In this document: positions 1 to 12,113 of the stretch, piece by piece | How the letters are laid out: the number at the start of each line of letters is the position of its first letter | How positions within the stretch are numbered: the first letter of the stretch is position 1 | Origin: TPA_inf: Saccharomyces | Lineage: Eukaryota | Reading direction: 5' to 3' | NCBI GenBank assembly: GCA_000146045.2 | Contig: BK006939.2 | Location: forward strand, 256,001 to 320,000 | DNA: 64,000 nucleotides | The notes under the pieces: model-generated | What the model was told of the DNA's origin: nothing | Databases searched by the model: none | Seen by the model: the letters and a program-made list of their open reading frames with translations, nothing else | Made by a program: the position numbers and the translations under genes

Positions 1-295
1 TGCTTTCCAGGACCACTAATTGCGCAATTCAATCACTTCATGCATACGTTATAAAACCTGAAGTTAAGTACAAGCCGTTAAATTTCACTTCAAAGAAGCA
101 TTTAGCGAAAGCTTTAGCCGATCTTATTTCGTAAAATTTCTTCTTGTCCGCCACGTTCTTGTATCTTTTATTTCATCCTATGCTCTCGATGAATGAGATC
201 TACTTTAGCAATTGATACAGTATAACCCTGACATTACATTTAGGGAATAATCGCCCCAATATAGGTTACAAAACATTAATATATATGTAAATATA

Positions 296-303
<8 letters not shown>

Positions 304-326
<23 letters not shown>
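304..326. repeat. (TA)n dinucleotide microsatellite, about 11 units, in the HOM3 3' flank
   Basis: Direct read: 'gcgtatatatatatatatatatatatataaag'. Confidence 0.8.
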
Positions 327-374
327 AAAGGGAAAATTAATATTCTATCATTAAAGTGAAGAAGAAAGGTGGAT

Positions 375-1958
375 TTAAATTCCAAGTCTTTTCAATTGTT
401 CTAAACGTTCATCAATGGCATGTTCAAATTGGTTTGAAGTATTTGTCCGCTCACTTAGTAACTTGGCATGAATACATTGTAGCGCTTTTATGGAGTCAGA
501 TTCATTGATAACGCAGGATATGTTTATTTCATTTGCCCCTTGAGAAATCATTTCAATGTTGATGCCTTCTTCAGCAAGAGTAGTAAACATGGTACCAGCA
601 ATGCCGATGTATTGTTTCATATGTTTACCAACTAATGAAACAATAGACAACTTCTTTGTGATATCAACAGAACCTAAAATTCTCAATTTTTCCTCAGCTT
701 GTCTCAGAGATTTTAATGAGTCTGCATCTGGAATGGGCAAAGCCATCGAAACATGAACTTCAGAAGTAGATATTAAATCTACGACTAACTTGTACTTATC
801 CAGGATGGTAAATATTTGAGCTAGGAAACCATGGGATAGGGTTTTCTTATTGGAATGAATGTTGATGACGAAAATGTCATTTTTGGTGGTGATAGCAGTG
901 GCACCTCTCTTTCTCTTTTCATAGAAAGATGAGGATAAGTTCTCAGGAGGATGTGGTGGAGTAGATTCACCCTTCTTTGCTACATTATCTGGGTAGATAA
1001 TGGTACCGTTACCTAATGGATTTTGAACATTCTTGATTCTAATAGGAATCTTAGCCCTAATAACTTGTTCCATCGTAAAAGGATGTATAACTTCGGAACC
1101 ATAATATGTTAATTCAGAAGCTTCTTCTGGAGTAACACTGTCTAGCAAACGTGCTTCAGGAACCTTACGAGGATCAGCAGTAAATATACCATCAACTTCC
1201 TTCCAAACTTGTAGTTCATCAGCATTTACAGCAACTGCTATCAAAGCGGCACATAAATCGGTATAGCCACGACCAACACCATTCAGAAGACCAGTTGGAA
1301 CTAAACCAAAAAACCCTGTAAAGACTGGAACGATACGCTCTTTAGCACTTACAAAGGGGGCCAATTTTTCTTTCAATGCTTGAACCAGGAAAGTGTAGAA
1401 ACTGTTATCCAAAGCGCTGGCACTGAAATCAGAGGGAACAATGTGGCTCAAATCCACATATTTGGCCTTACAGCCACGGTCATTACATAAAGCAGTCATG
1501 AACAAACAACTCAACTTCTCACCACATGACATCACCAGATCTACTGTACGTGAACTCACTTCACCCAAAACTTTTGAAGCATTTAAATATTTCTTGACCA
1601 GTTCAAGTTCTTTATTGGTATCATCCACTAACTTGGCTTGCAAGGCAGGATTGAGAATGAAGCGGTCGGCATTATCGATATGGTCTTGTCTGATAACTTC
1701 GATAATGTCTTGAAATTCAGATTCTTGCGAAGCCAAATCACAACATTTCAAAAGACGAGAAGTGGTACCTTCAGCCTTGGTGTATGAAGAACGGGCGGAA
1801 CAAACGACAGCGACATTATTGTTTGGGCCGTCAGGTTTAGAATAGTGCTTCACAATGTCATCCACTATTTGGACGGGAAATTTACCGACAGATGTACCAC
1901 CGAACTTTTGCACGACCCAGTTCGAATGACTTGATGTAGGTTGGAAATCCATTGGCAT
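375..1958 (-). CDS. HOM3: Aspartate kinase (L-aspartate 4-phosphotransferase), 527 aa
   Basis: Full-length ORF with an ACT-domain C-terminus; recognised as yeast Hom3 (YER052C). Length matches 527 aa. Confidence 0.93.
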   Translation of the reverse strand: MPMDFQPTSSHSNWVVQKFGGTSVGKFPVQIVDDIVKHYSKPDGPNNNVAVVCSARSSYTKAEGTTSRLLKCCDLASQESEFQDIIEVIRQDHIDNADRFILNPALQAKLVDDTNKELELVKKYLNASKVLGEVSSRTVDLVMSCGEKLSCLFMTALCNDRGCKAKYVDLSHIVPSDFSASALDNSFYTFLVQALKEKLAPFVSAKERIVPVFTGFFGLVPTGLLNGVGRGYTDLCAALIAVAVNADELQVWKEVDGIFTADPRKVPEARLLDSVTPEEASELTYYGSEVIHPFTMEQVIRAKIPIRIKNVQNPLGNGTIIYPDNVAKKGESTPPHPPENLSSSFYEKRKRGATAITTKNDIFVINIHSNKKTLSHGFLAQIFTILDKYKLVVDLISTSEVHVSMALPIPDADSLKSLRQAEEKLRILGSVDITKKLSIVSLVGKHMKQYIGIAGTMFTTLAEEGINIEMISQGANEINISCVINESDSIKALQCIHAKLLSERTNTSNQFEHAIDERLEQLKRLGI

Positions 1959-2234
1959 GTAAAAGTTAAAAAAAATGAAAGCTTCTGTGATAAAATGCGA
2001 TAGCTATGTGAGCTTAAGCGATGGAGAGAGTATTGGCTACACAAATATCCTTCAATGAGTAGAGCACTGTTAAAATAGAAATAAAATAATTATCCAGCAG
2101 TATTCTTATATATGGATATTATACATTATTTCTTCGAAGCTAAAAGAATCTCTGGAGAAGACTGCGTACGGAAAGTGAAAAAAAAAAAAAGTGATGATGA
2201 AATTTTCGTTTGCTAGTGAAAAAGAAAGAAAAGG

Positions 2235-2241
2235 TGAGTCA
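2235..2241. promoter_or_regulatory. Gcn4 response element core TGACTCA (as TGAGTCA) about 280 bp upstream of the HOM3 ATG
   Basis: Motif read at 'aaggtgagtcatggg'. HOM3 is an amino-acid biosynthetic gene under general control. Confidence 0.55.
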
Positions 2242-2736
2242 TGGGCCTGAAAAATACACGTGGTTAGAGCCACAGTAGAGTAAAAAGTTGATATTAGGGG
2301 AGTTCTAGAAAGAAAAGGATCCTGTGAGACCAATGACAGTGATTGTAAATTGTGGGAGTGATATTTGATGTTACTATCAAATAAGGCCTCAGCCTCTGAA
2401 TATGTTCACCTAAAAATTGTAGAAGATTCAATCGCGAGCGGCTGGCAAGTTTGGGCATGCATCGAGTATTGCCGTATATCGAAACTACCTTATAAATGTG
2501 TTTCTGATATGGCACTTTCAAAGTTTTCCTGGGCCTGTTCTTGGCTTGAGAAATTTGGCAATCATAACAAAACTCTTAGTATGAAAAGAAATTGTAGGAC
2601 GAATATTTATTAAGACATATGCAAAGAAGAACAAACTATAAATGCCGGTCATTTACTAACTTTATGAAATCCTGTGTATACAATATTCCTCTAGCACAGA
2701 GTGTTTACGATAAACCTTGCCGATTGAATCGATCAG

Positions 2737-3639
2737 CTAACCGGTGGTTGGTAAGCCTACATAAGCCTTGAACGAATCGTAAATTAGCCATTGGAAACTT
2801 GTCAAAGTACCGATCATGACAATTCTCACCATTAACCCATTCCACAACCCAGTAAAGCCAATTTTTTGATATATTCTTTTAGAGGCTACAGACATGGACT
2901 CGTTGGCCTTTCTTTCGCTATTGATCTTGGAAACCATAACGTCTGCAGGATGTGAGACTGCAGCACATAATATACCTGCCAGATAACCACCTACAAAACT
3001 GACTGATATTTGCTGTAATGCGTTCATTTCTTCTTTCTTTTTAGGTAAAACACTGTATATTTTTTGAACAATTTTTTCGAATGAGGTAAACTTACACATT
3101 GTGTAAGGAATCTGTCTGCACCATAGGGGAACAATACCTTTATAAAATGCTTTCATACCTCCACTTTCTGCATACATTTTTTTCCATCCATCAACAACGT
3201 TATTGCAAAAGGGCGGCATAGTAGTCTGCTGTTTCACTTTAATAGCTTCAAATGGGCACAACATGATATCAGCGAGGAATTCAGCGGTCGCTGAGGCCAT
3301 CAAGTACACAGTGACACCAGGACTTAACCAACTAGAATACAAATGCTTGAAATACTCATAACCACCATACTTACCTGCACCTTGTAGCGAATATCCGACG
3401 AATGTAGCACCAAACCCAGTGTATACTTTCTTCCAGCCTTCATTAGCTATAATCTTACGGAACCCTTGTAAGTTTGAAGTATACAACTTGGGATTGACCT
3501 GTAGCCTACATTTGACAAGATCTAGTGGAGTGATCGAAGAATGTGTTGGACCGCACGCAATTATACCACCTAAGGTACATGTGGCATAAAACTCTTTCGT
3601 ATATAATTGGATTTTACGTGGTTGTTTATTGGACTCCAT
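2737..3639 (-). CDS. PIC2: Mitochondrial phosphate carrier (mitochondrial carrier family), 300 aa
   Basis: Three mitochondrial-carrier repeats. Matches Pic2 (YER053C) by sequence and neighbourhood (between HOM3 and GIP2). Confidence 0.9.
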
Positions 3640-5464
3640 GCTTTACAACTGTCAATGAGTCCGTTCTCTTTTTCCCTTACTTTATTTTTTTAGAATTAAA
3701 ACAATAACAGAACACTTTCAGTTAACAATGTGTCATTGACTGCCTGGAAAAAAAAATAAAATATCTATAAAACACAAGCAAAATGAAAGTATATTTGGTA
3801 GGTCCCGCTGTATTTATATCAAATGTAACAGGGTATGCAGAAAATCGATATATCCATTTTCCTTTTTATTAAGCAAAATGAAACTAAAAACAAGGAATAA
3901 ACCTAAAAAAGATCTCCTTATTTCGCTAATACCCCTGAAGTCCAACTTTTGGTTAGCCGAGATCTTAGCCGAATGAGATTGTGAAATGCAACCCAAAGTG
4001 ACCGTTGTTGCTAGCTAGCATATGAATGAATCTAAGAACTGGAAAGGCAAGTTAAGGGCCAAAAATAATGACTTGAATATTTTGCAGTATCTACGTTGAA
4101 TTAAAGTATTCTTCGTAAGCGGTACTTTTCACTTGCTACTTGTCACCTTATTACCTATGTGCTGAGAGGGTAATGGTACGATGTTCCTTTTTGACACAAT
4201 GCGTCTTTTCCCTATGCTGTAACAAAAAAAACAAAGGCCGAGGTTCGGATTTCTTAGCAGATCACGTGCTGACTTTTTGGAATACACCGTTAAAATTCTC
4301 ACACGGTTAGTATTTACATTTTTTCAAGAATAGGGTTTTGCCGCTTACCTTGATATGCGGGCGATTTTGCGGGATTTCTGACATCTAATAACTTAGTAGT
4401 CATTGAAGGAACAAAGTTTTAGTCTTATTCGGATGTTTCCCTTCTTATTTTCGAAATGAAGCTTTTTGGAGAGATGGGGATAGGTGGCTTTTTGTGCCTT
4501 CCTCGAATGTCTAGCCGAGTCTTGCGATGGAAGGGCTAGACAGCATGTTTTAGAGATGTAGTAAGTTATATTATAATCATATTATAATTGCCTAAATATA
4601 GACGTATATCATATACAATAGCAAAAATACATAATTACGAACATAAAAATGAAAATAACTTTGGTCAAACAGCGTGAGCTGTCAAACGTATAAATCTTAA
4701 AAAACGTGTATTAAGTATGAGCTAAGAAGGCGCTCATCAATAGAAAACCGGATTAAAAACATCGAAAATTATTGAAAAAATATTAAGTGTAGTGTGGAAA
4801 TGAATGAGTAGAAAAAAGATAAATTAGAAAACAGAACATCAACTTCGTAAATAGTAAAACGCTAAGCCAGACTAGGTAGAACTGACTTTGCATACCTCTC
4901 TTGGCGGCAGTAAGCAGATTAGCTGATTTAAATCACTGCAAGTAAGGAACATCGCTCTTGTTTCTGTTCATGACTGTTCTATGAGCACCAAAGTAGAAAA
5001 CGAAAATGAAAGCGAAAATACTCAAAAAAATCTCTAAATCTTGCATTGTAGTGTGTACTGTGTAGTAAAGCTATTGTTTGTTTTTATTATTTCTATGTAG
5101 AATTCTGTAAAAGGACGAAAAGAATGTTTCCAAGCAGTATGTCTACCTCTGTCGTTGTAGAAGGGATTCCTACTTCTTTATATACAAAATGCACATCGGT
5201 AGAAATATCTAATTCTCTATTTAATTGAATGCATAAGGGGTACCAAAAAATCTCTCTTCACGTCTTATAGCTGAACAGTTATCGGATATAGGCTACCACA
5301 TAAAAGAACAGGGATGTCCTAATACAGCAATCATTTTTTTTTTCATTACGTAAAAAGTAAAGTAAACCATCCATTCTCCCTTCTTTCAGTCAAATGCCGC
5401 AGTCCCTTACATTTCAAACTGAAGCGTCGGGATGAGACTGTAGAAAGAAGTAGGAGTAGTATGC

Positions 5465-5486
5465 AAAAAAAAAAAAAAAAAAAAAA
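5465..5486. repeat. Poly(dA) tract, A22, in the long PIC2–GIP2 intergenic region
   Basis: Direct read 'atgcaaaaaaaaaaaaaaaaaaaaaatata'. A nucleosome-excluding homopolymer. Confidence 0.85.
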
Positions 5487-6051
5487 TATAACCTCTGCCG
5501 GAAGTGAAGGCACAAAAATAGCTCTCTCTAAATGGGCGGTGGAAGGGTGTTCAAAAGTAAAGAAATATAGGCGCACTTCTGAAGTCATCGTAGGTGAATA
5601 AGCAAGTCTTTATCGGCATGTTCGGGGTTTTTTTTACCAATGACGATTTCTGTCACTTAACTTTTTAGGCCTTCCGTGGTCGTGTCATAGCAACCCCTAG
5701 TTTTCTCTTCACATTTTGTCGCGTTTCCGTCGCACAGTAAGAGCTGTATAGCGTTGAATGAATGTAAAAAATGCTCACTGAAGGACGGTAGCCTTTACCA
5801 GTCTTTTACGTGCCGAATGCACATTTGTATATACGCCCACACACATCGAAGATCGGCTCCCGATTTCTTGTGAGATATTTATCTGTTTATTTGCTTATTT
5901 GTGATTTATGTATATTTACTTGAAATATTCTAGCATGTTTTAGAGTTATTTATCGGAGTTCGGTCCCAATCATGAGAGTAACTCAGGCCAAGATCTAGCA
6001 AGTCATTTTGCTTTTTATGTCCATTCTTCATCTCCTTCCTTCTGGTTGCCT

Positions 6052-7698
6052 TCATGCTGCCGCCGCGAAGGGATCGTTAAAGCCATCCATTACAACATCC
6101 ACCTTATAATTATTCCCGTTGTTGTTGTCCCAGTACTCTTCGCGCTCATAGTCGTTACGTGTAGAATAATGAATGCAAAATTCTAACTTGCCGCGAGGAT
6201 CCACTTTGCTGACATCATCGATAATGAAGTGGAAAATGTCCATGTTAGTGCCCGGCAATATTCCATCGCCATCACTGATGTAAACGCATTCCACTTCATG
6301 TGTTGTTCTCCAACTATCCCACGTATATCGTACCACCACTCTTTTATCATAGAAAATGTTTTTCACTAGTATCCTTCCAGCAATTAATCTTGTACAGCCA
6401 GCGTTATAACCCTTGGCCACACCATTACAGTCATTACCATTGTGGCTATTGGGAATATTATAAAATGAGGAGGAATTTGAAAAGTAATTGTTGTCTCTAT
6501 GGATGTATAATGACAATTCTTGTAGAAAAACTTTCTTATTTTGTGATAAATTGATAAAAATGTTCAGCTTTAAACTTTTAGGATTCTTGTTGCTTAAAAT
6601 GGGGAAGTTCTTGCTGTATAATCCAACAACATGGTAATTTTTTGAATTACGATCTGAAATTTCATGAGCACCGCCACCATTAACGAATTTTTTATTTGAT
6701 TTTGATGGTGGCATGTCGGTCCTGTTCTTTAGGAGGTTCTGAAATCTTTTACTTTTTCTTAATTTTGTATTGTTGGTGCCTTTACCATTGTTTGGATTCG
6801 AAATTTTAGCAGGATGTGCGAAGCCTTTTGGCGCAACTGTCGTCAAGTCATCATCTATGGATGTCGTTTCTAATCCAGATGATAGCATTTTTGTCTCTTC
6901 TTCCGGGTCCACCATTAAATTCACTGGCTTATGCTTAAAGCTTAGACAATTATCGTGTTGTTCAGTTTTATTAACGTTTATAGGGCTTTCATCCTCAGCA
7001 AAATATTTTACAGGTGCCGCCTGATCAAAGTGAACACTCTTACTCCTAATCAACATCGGACTACCGTCTCTTGCTTGGACACCATTCCCGCTCCTTATAC
7101 CTGGGGTTGTAGGTAATGATTTTGATCTTCTCTTCAATGAGCTCTTCAATAGTTCACCTGACTTTTTATATACAGGTGGCGCAAATGGAATTAGAATTTC
7201 TTCATCATATTCAAAATTCATATCATTGCCAGGTGACTTAGCTTCGGGATATTCTGCTTGAAAAGATTTTGGTACGGTGGATTTGGGGGAAAGGGGAGGC
7301 AGCTCTATTTTGAATGGGGGTCTCGTACTGCCATTTAATGATTCTACGGAAGTGTGATTCTTGGCAGCGGCAATTTTTGACCAGCCGCTCTCATTATCAA
7401 CGTTTTCATCATTCCCTGCGGAGAAAATTCTTTTGTTTAAATCAGTGTTTCTTTGCACTTCTTCCTCTGGGAACCTGTTCGCTCTCATTTGAGTTACTCT
7501 CTGAGGTTTATGTAAAAACTTCAAAGAGTTTAAAGTCTCTTCCGTACTTCCATCTCGTTCTTTGTTGTATAGGTCCGAATTCACTCTGTAACCCTTGAAA
7601 TCTGTTTCAAGATCTGGTAGCTGCTGGTTTTTATTTCTGTCTAGTTTTTCATTCTTCCTCTCAAACTGTTGGGGTTTCTGTTCTGCCTTTATATACAT
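6052..7698 (-). CDS. GIP2: Glc7 (PP1) glycogen-targeting regulatory subunit with a CBM21 starch-binding domain, 548 aa
   Basis: 548-aa ORF; the C-terminal region (VKNIFYDKRVVVRYTWDSW...) is CBM21-like. Matches Gip2 (YER054C). Confidence 0.88.
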   Translation of the reverse strand: MYIKAEQKPQQFERKNEKLDRNKNQQLPDLETDFKGYRVNSDLYNKERDGSTEETLNSLKFLHKPQRVTQMRANRFPEEEVQRNTDLNKRIFSAGNDENVDNESGWSKIAAAKNHTSVESLNGSTRPPFKIELPPLSPKSTVPKSFQAEYPEAKSPGNDMNFEYDEEILIPFAPPVYKKSGELLKSSLKRRSKSLPTTPGIRSGNGVQARDGSPMLIRSKSVHFDQAAPVKYFAEDESPINVNKTEQHDNCLSFKHKPVNLMVDPEEETKMLSSGLETTSIDDDLTTVAPKGFAHPAKISNPNNGKGTNNTKLRKSKRFQNLLKNRTDMPPSKSNKKFVNGGGAHEISDRNSKNYHVVGLYSKNFPILSNKNPKSLKLNIFINLSQNKKVFLQELSLYIHRDNNYFSNSSSFYNIPNSHNGNDCNGVAKGYNAGCTRLIAGRILVKNIFYDKRVVVRYTWDSWRTTHEVECVYISDGDGILPGTNMDIFHFIIDDVSKVDPRGKLEFCIHYSTRNDYEREEYWDNNNGNNYKVDVVMDGFNDPFAAAA

Positions 7699-8891
7699 TG
7701 TTGCGTTGATGAAATCCTAATAAACTTGGGCTGTAAGAATAAAATTTTGACAAGATATCTGTACCCGTTCCTATTAAACTTGTTTCTGAGTACAACGGAG
7801 ATCTTTTTGATGTTCAGCCTACTAAAAACTATACCTTACAGAAAGAAAAAAAAAAGTCCAATGTGGTTCCTTTCTCCTCAATCAAACAGAATGCCAACCT
7901 TCCTTGTTTCTTTTCCTTTTTTACTACTAAAAGGTTTTATAAACCAGACTTCTCTCTTTAAACGTCCCGTCAACCCTGCCTTTAGTAACTGCTTTCCCGT
8001 CTAGCTTTCTTTTCGTTCCTATTGTTTTAACCGTATTGTATGCAGGTTTACCTTCTATAAATATGCACTGAACTGGAAAGGCTATGTTTGAAAAGCTTTA
8101 GTTTTCTTCTGTTGAACGGATGGGCCCTGTGTTGCTTATTACGCAATGCAGTATATATAAAGGAACTCAACCTGAAGAAGAATATGCAAGATATAGAAAG
8201 ACCGTTGCAATATCGAAATATTTCCTGTTGGATAGAACGAACTTCTTGGCCCCTTCATTGAGAAGCGTAGCTGATACACATTTTTGGTAAAAGACCTCAT
8301 GGTAGCAGCCCCTTTCCCCTTAAAAAGACTTAATATGGCATACTGTTTTTCTTTTATGCGCTTCATTCCACGGCAAAAAGAACCTTTCCCCGCCCCCACT
8401 CTGCGACAGGAGTTTGCCGCCCATCTCCACAATAGGCATAGTTGTCGGTACCTTCCAGCGCTACGTCAGCCTCTTCCGGGCAAAAAATCGACGTAGCATG
8501 GAAAAATGCATTCTAGACAGCTTTATGCGTTACGATCCCCAATCTATGCTCCCTGGGGAGAGTTTGTACAGGTTTTCTCCAAAATAAAAATACCTACAAA
8601 ACTCCGAATATTTATGGGTAGCTCCAGTTTTCGAAAATTGGAGAAATGAAGGGGGTTGAAGAAGAAGGTTTCATGAGCATGAAGACGGTAGTAAAGCTGA
8701 CAAATATGCTACGAAGATTTAACTTCCTGGGGAAGTAGCAAAAAAAAAGAAAAAATATTCACAGAGATAACCTCAAAACACACTTGGGAAGTCATGAGGG
8801 GTAACTTAGAATAAGATAGAACTCTATCAAATTATTGCCTATAAAAAATACAAAATTAATCGGGATTTGGCTTCCCTTTTTCTGTTCTATC

Positions 8892-9785
8892 TTATACACG
8901 ACAATTAGAAATTTCGAAAACCATGATATCAGATGCGCCGAGTCTTTTCAATTCATCTAAAACAACACCCTTCGTTTTTCTCTCAATCATGGAACTAACA
9001 GCAACCCATCCTTCATCGTCAATTTTGGAAATGGTTGGTGCTCTACGGCCAGGCGTCACCTTCAACAGTTCAGGCAGCTTGTCTTCAGGTGCGTTATAAA
9101 TACATGAAACGAACCTTTGAGCGGTCATGACACCTTCAATTCTTGATTTGATAGTAGCAATCAAACTCTTATCGCTCTTTGGGTTCTTTGATTCTATTAG
9201 GTAGGCACTTGTGCTTAGGACGGTGGCAATATCAACTAAACCTGCTGCCCTCATTGTCTCACCACTCTCTACAAGATCTACAATAGCATCACCAATTCCC
9301 AGAGCACATGATGCCTCCACGGAACCACTGACAAACTTTATCCTTGTGGTCATTTTTTCAACAGTAGTACCTTCCAAATCGGCAAAGTATTTTTCAGCAA
9401 GTTTCACGAAACTGGTAACAATGGTTTTGCCAATTAACTGTTCTGGCTTTTTATACTCGCCATTTACGGGGACTTGTACCTGCAATTTACAGTTACCAAA
9501 TTGCAAATCGATTGCTAAGTCTACGTCGACGTTAGATTCACGAACTTGGTCAACACCAGTTATACCAAGATCACATTTACCTTCACCAACAAAAGTTGGA
9601 ATATCTGCAGCGGGCAGAAAGACCAACGCTACAGGTAAGCTTGTGCTTAGTGCAATGTCTAATCTTTGAGAGCGGTGAAAGGTAATATCAGCACCATTCA
9701 AAATAGAAACACTTTTAGAATATAAACGACCTTTCTTTGGGATTGCAAACAGTAGTCTATCGGTTAGATGGTTCACCAAATCCAT
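8892..9785 (-). CDS. HIS1: ATP phosphoribosyltransferase (histidine biosynthesis step 1), 297 aa
   Basis: 297-aa ORF recognised as yeast His1 (HisG family). Confidence 0.93.
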   Translation of the reverse strand: MDLVNHLTDRLLFAIPKKGRLYSKSVSILNGADITFHRSQRLDIALSTSLPVALVFLPAADIPTFVGEGKCDLGITGVDQVRESNVDVDLAIDLQFGNCKLQVQVPVNGEYKKPEQLIGKTIVTSFVKLAEKYFADLEGTTVEKMTTRIKFVSGSVEASCALGIGDAIVDLVESGETMRAAGLVDIATVLSTSAYLIESKNPKSDKSLIATIKSRIEGVMTAQRFVSCIYNAPEDKLPELLKVTPGRRAPTISKIDDEGWVAVSSMIERKTKGVVLDELKRLGASDIMVFEISNCRV

Positions 9786-9962
9786 TTTTCTATTGAATTT
9801 TTTAGAAACCTATCCTTTCTTTTCTATTTTCAAAGATTCAAACCGTTAATAGGAGTAAAATGCCAAAGTTTAGACGGTAAATACTTGCAGTTCACTGCGT
9901 ATAAATGGACTTTCAGGCGAGTATATTCTGCAAAAATATTTTATAAGTTCCAACGGTAGAGG

Positions 9963-9969
9963 TGACTCA
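9963..9969. promoter_or_regulatory. Gcn4 response element TGACTCA about 180 bp upstream of the HIS1 ATG
   Basis: Direct read 'ggtgactcacttgg'. HIS1 is a classical general-control target. Confidence 0.6.
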
Positions 9970-10511
9970 CTTGGAAGCTTTTTTTTTCAATCGTTGGCTA
10001 CGTGCGTACACGTGTTTTGCGGTCTCGCTTCGAAATGCCGAAATGAAAGAATTTCCGGGAAGAGTCACGCTGTTATCAATGACTTTGCAACTAATAAATT
10101 AACTAATAAATATTTTAATTAATTTTTTGACAAGGAGTCTAATACCTCGCATGCTAAACAACCTCTCTAGCCGGGTTGCCGGGTTACATCTCGTTCTCTT
10201 TACGTTCACATAGTCACATAACCACTAGTCACCTGTGCATTCTTACTTTTTTTTTTTCTTTTTGGCTTTTATTGTAAGACTGATATGCAGGCCACAAAGT
10301 CTCAATTAGGTCGCAGCCGTGCAAATTGTCTTGGCATTTTTGAAGTTTTGTATATACCATAGAGATTATCTTTGATATGTTACTAATATTGTAAAATACA
10401 GTTTGTAGCTATTTTTATTAAATGAGATGTCTAAATAGTTTACATGAAATTGCATCTATGATACATGACGTGAAATGTGCACGGGGAAATGATCGCCCTA
10501 ATCATTACTTC

Positions 10512-12113
10512 CTAACGACCGAAGTATTTTAATTCTAAAGGTCTTAAGATGTTGTAGATGATGAAGGCCCAACTTGCACCCAACTCGAACCCAATGTCAC
10601 CACCATATTTACCAATTAAGCGGCCAATTTCACCAACCCAATAGGTTTGACACATACCCAATGCAACACCGAAGGCACCAACAATTAAGGCAGCAGTACC
10701 TGCGATACCGATAGGTAGATGCTCCCAATTATCCCAATCATCAATATTGTAAGCACTGAAGGAACGTCTGTAGAAGAAATGTTCTGAACATGAGATGGCA
10801 ATGTAAATAGCTAAGTAGTAACCGATAGAATCCATGAAATTCTCCATAAAGCCATCAAAGTAATAGGTAGCAGGGATGGAAATACCTAAAGTGGCAGCAT
10901 TACCTGCCATTGTCCAGACTACTCTTGGTATTTTAGCCAAAGGTGCCCACAAAGCTTGAGCGGATAAAGCAACAGTATACATATTTGGAATATTATTTGC
11001 AATAGTGGACAGAGCTAACAAAACGCAGCAGAATTGACCAAATCCGTTCAGAGAGTTAGGAACCAGGATAGCATATATGACACCACCCATAGCATTTTTG
11101 TCATAATATGCCTTCCAGGTTGGGTCATTAAGAGCAGCCATAGCAGAAGCAGCACCAAGAATCATGGTGAAAAATAGAGGGAACGCTAGACCAGCAACTA
11201 GGGAGAAAAAAATCTTGTACTTGTTTGTACTCTTTGGCATATAAACAGTGTAGTCAGCTGCATAGGTCGTCCATCCTGCGGCAAAACCGAAAATAGATGA
11301 ACCAAAAGAAAGAACACTACCTGCAGTAGTTGCACCTCCTACCCATTCACCACCTTTAAACTTTCCTGATCTCGATAGTTGGGCAATAATAACCAAAAAG
11401 ACGGCAAAATTGGGTACCCATGACCATTTCTCGTATGCATGAATGACACTGTAACCAAAAAAAGTCACAAGCACGGTACCACCAATAATGATCAGACAAC
11501 CGGCCCAAATAGGACAGACGTGGCCGGAGCCTTCATTCACCATATTCAGCAGTTGTGCGGATACTGAGGTATTCACAATACCCCAACCGACACAAGCAAT
11601 AACGTTAATAAGAGAGAAAATTCTTGCCGTTACATTACCAACCAGATATCTTGATAAAATCATCTGTCTTAAGCCCAGTTCTGCACCAAAGACAGAAAAG
11701 AACGCAACAAATATCAACCCCATTATATTGAAAAATATGATAACTAAAACACTTTGACCAAAATTTAGACCGAACACCATGGGTCCTAAGGCACCCAAAG
11801 CATATGATGCAATGACCATATTAGCTGAAAACCACATGGACGCAGCATTCAGTATGGAATCGTCCGTTTTTTCATCCTCTGTAACTGGTTCAACACCCTT
11901 TGTTTCTGCATTCAAACTGGCAAAGAACTTATGGAACCACGATAATTTTGTGGCCTCTGATGATTCAACGATATACTGTTGGTCATCTTCGGAAGTTGCT
12001 GTGAAAGTTTCAGAAGCGGCTACCTTCTTTTCGTTTTCCAAGCTTGAGCCTATTACAGGAGATCTCTTCTCCAAGTCTTGGATTTCGTAAACATTATTTC
12101 CCTCTTCCAACAT
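10512..12113 (-). CDS. FCY2: Purine-cytosine permease (NCS1 family), 533 aa
   Basis: Polytopic NCS1 transporter. 533 aa matches Fcy2 (YER056C). It is the paralog of the two downstream + strand genes. Confidence 0.92.
   Translation of the reverse strand: MLEEGNNVYEIQDLEKRSPVIGSSLENEKKVAASETFTATSEDDQQYIVESSEATKLSWFHKFFASLNAETKGVEPVTEDEKTDDSILNAASMWFSANMVIASYALGALGPMVFGLNFGQSVLVIIFFNIMGLIFVAFFSVFGAELGLRQMILSRYLVGNVTARIFSLINVIACVGWGIVNTSVSAQLLNMVNEGSGHVCPIWAGCLIIIGGTVLVTFFGYSVIHAYEKWSWVPNFAVFLVIIAQLSRSGKFKGGEWVGGATTAGSVLSFGSSIFGFAAGWTTYAADYTVYMPKSTNKYKIFFSLVAGLAFPLFFTMILGAASAMAALNDPTWKAYYDKNAMGGVIYAILVPNSLNGFGQFCCVLLALSTIANNIPNMYTVALSAQALWAPLAKIPRVVWTMAGNAATLGISIPATYYFDGFMENFMDSIGYYLAIYIAISCSEHFFYRRSFSAYNIDDWDNWEHLPIGIAGTAALIVGAFGVALGMCQTYWVGEIGRLIGKYGGDIGFELGASWAFIIYNILRPLELKYFGR

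Noticed and set aside
9211-9669. 152-aa ORF on the + strand inside HIS1
   Set aside because: It is antisense to a conserved enzyme gene with a low-complexity Ser/Thr/Pro-rich translation. The same applies to 17040..17513 (in PCL6), 11488..12090 (in FCY2), 48146..49361 (in ALD5), 58583..59902 (in YER077C) and 37229..37978 (in MOT2).
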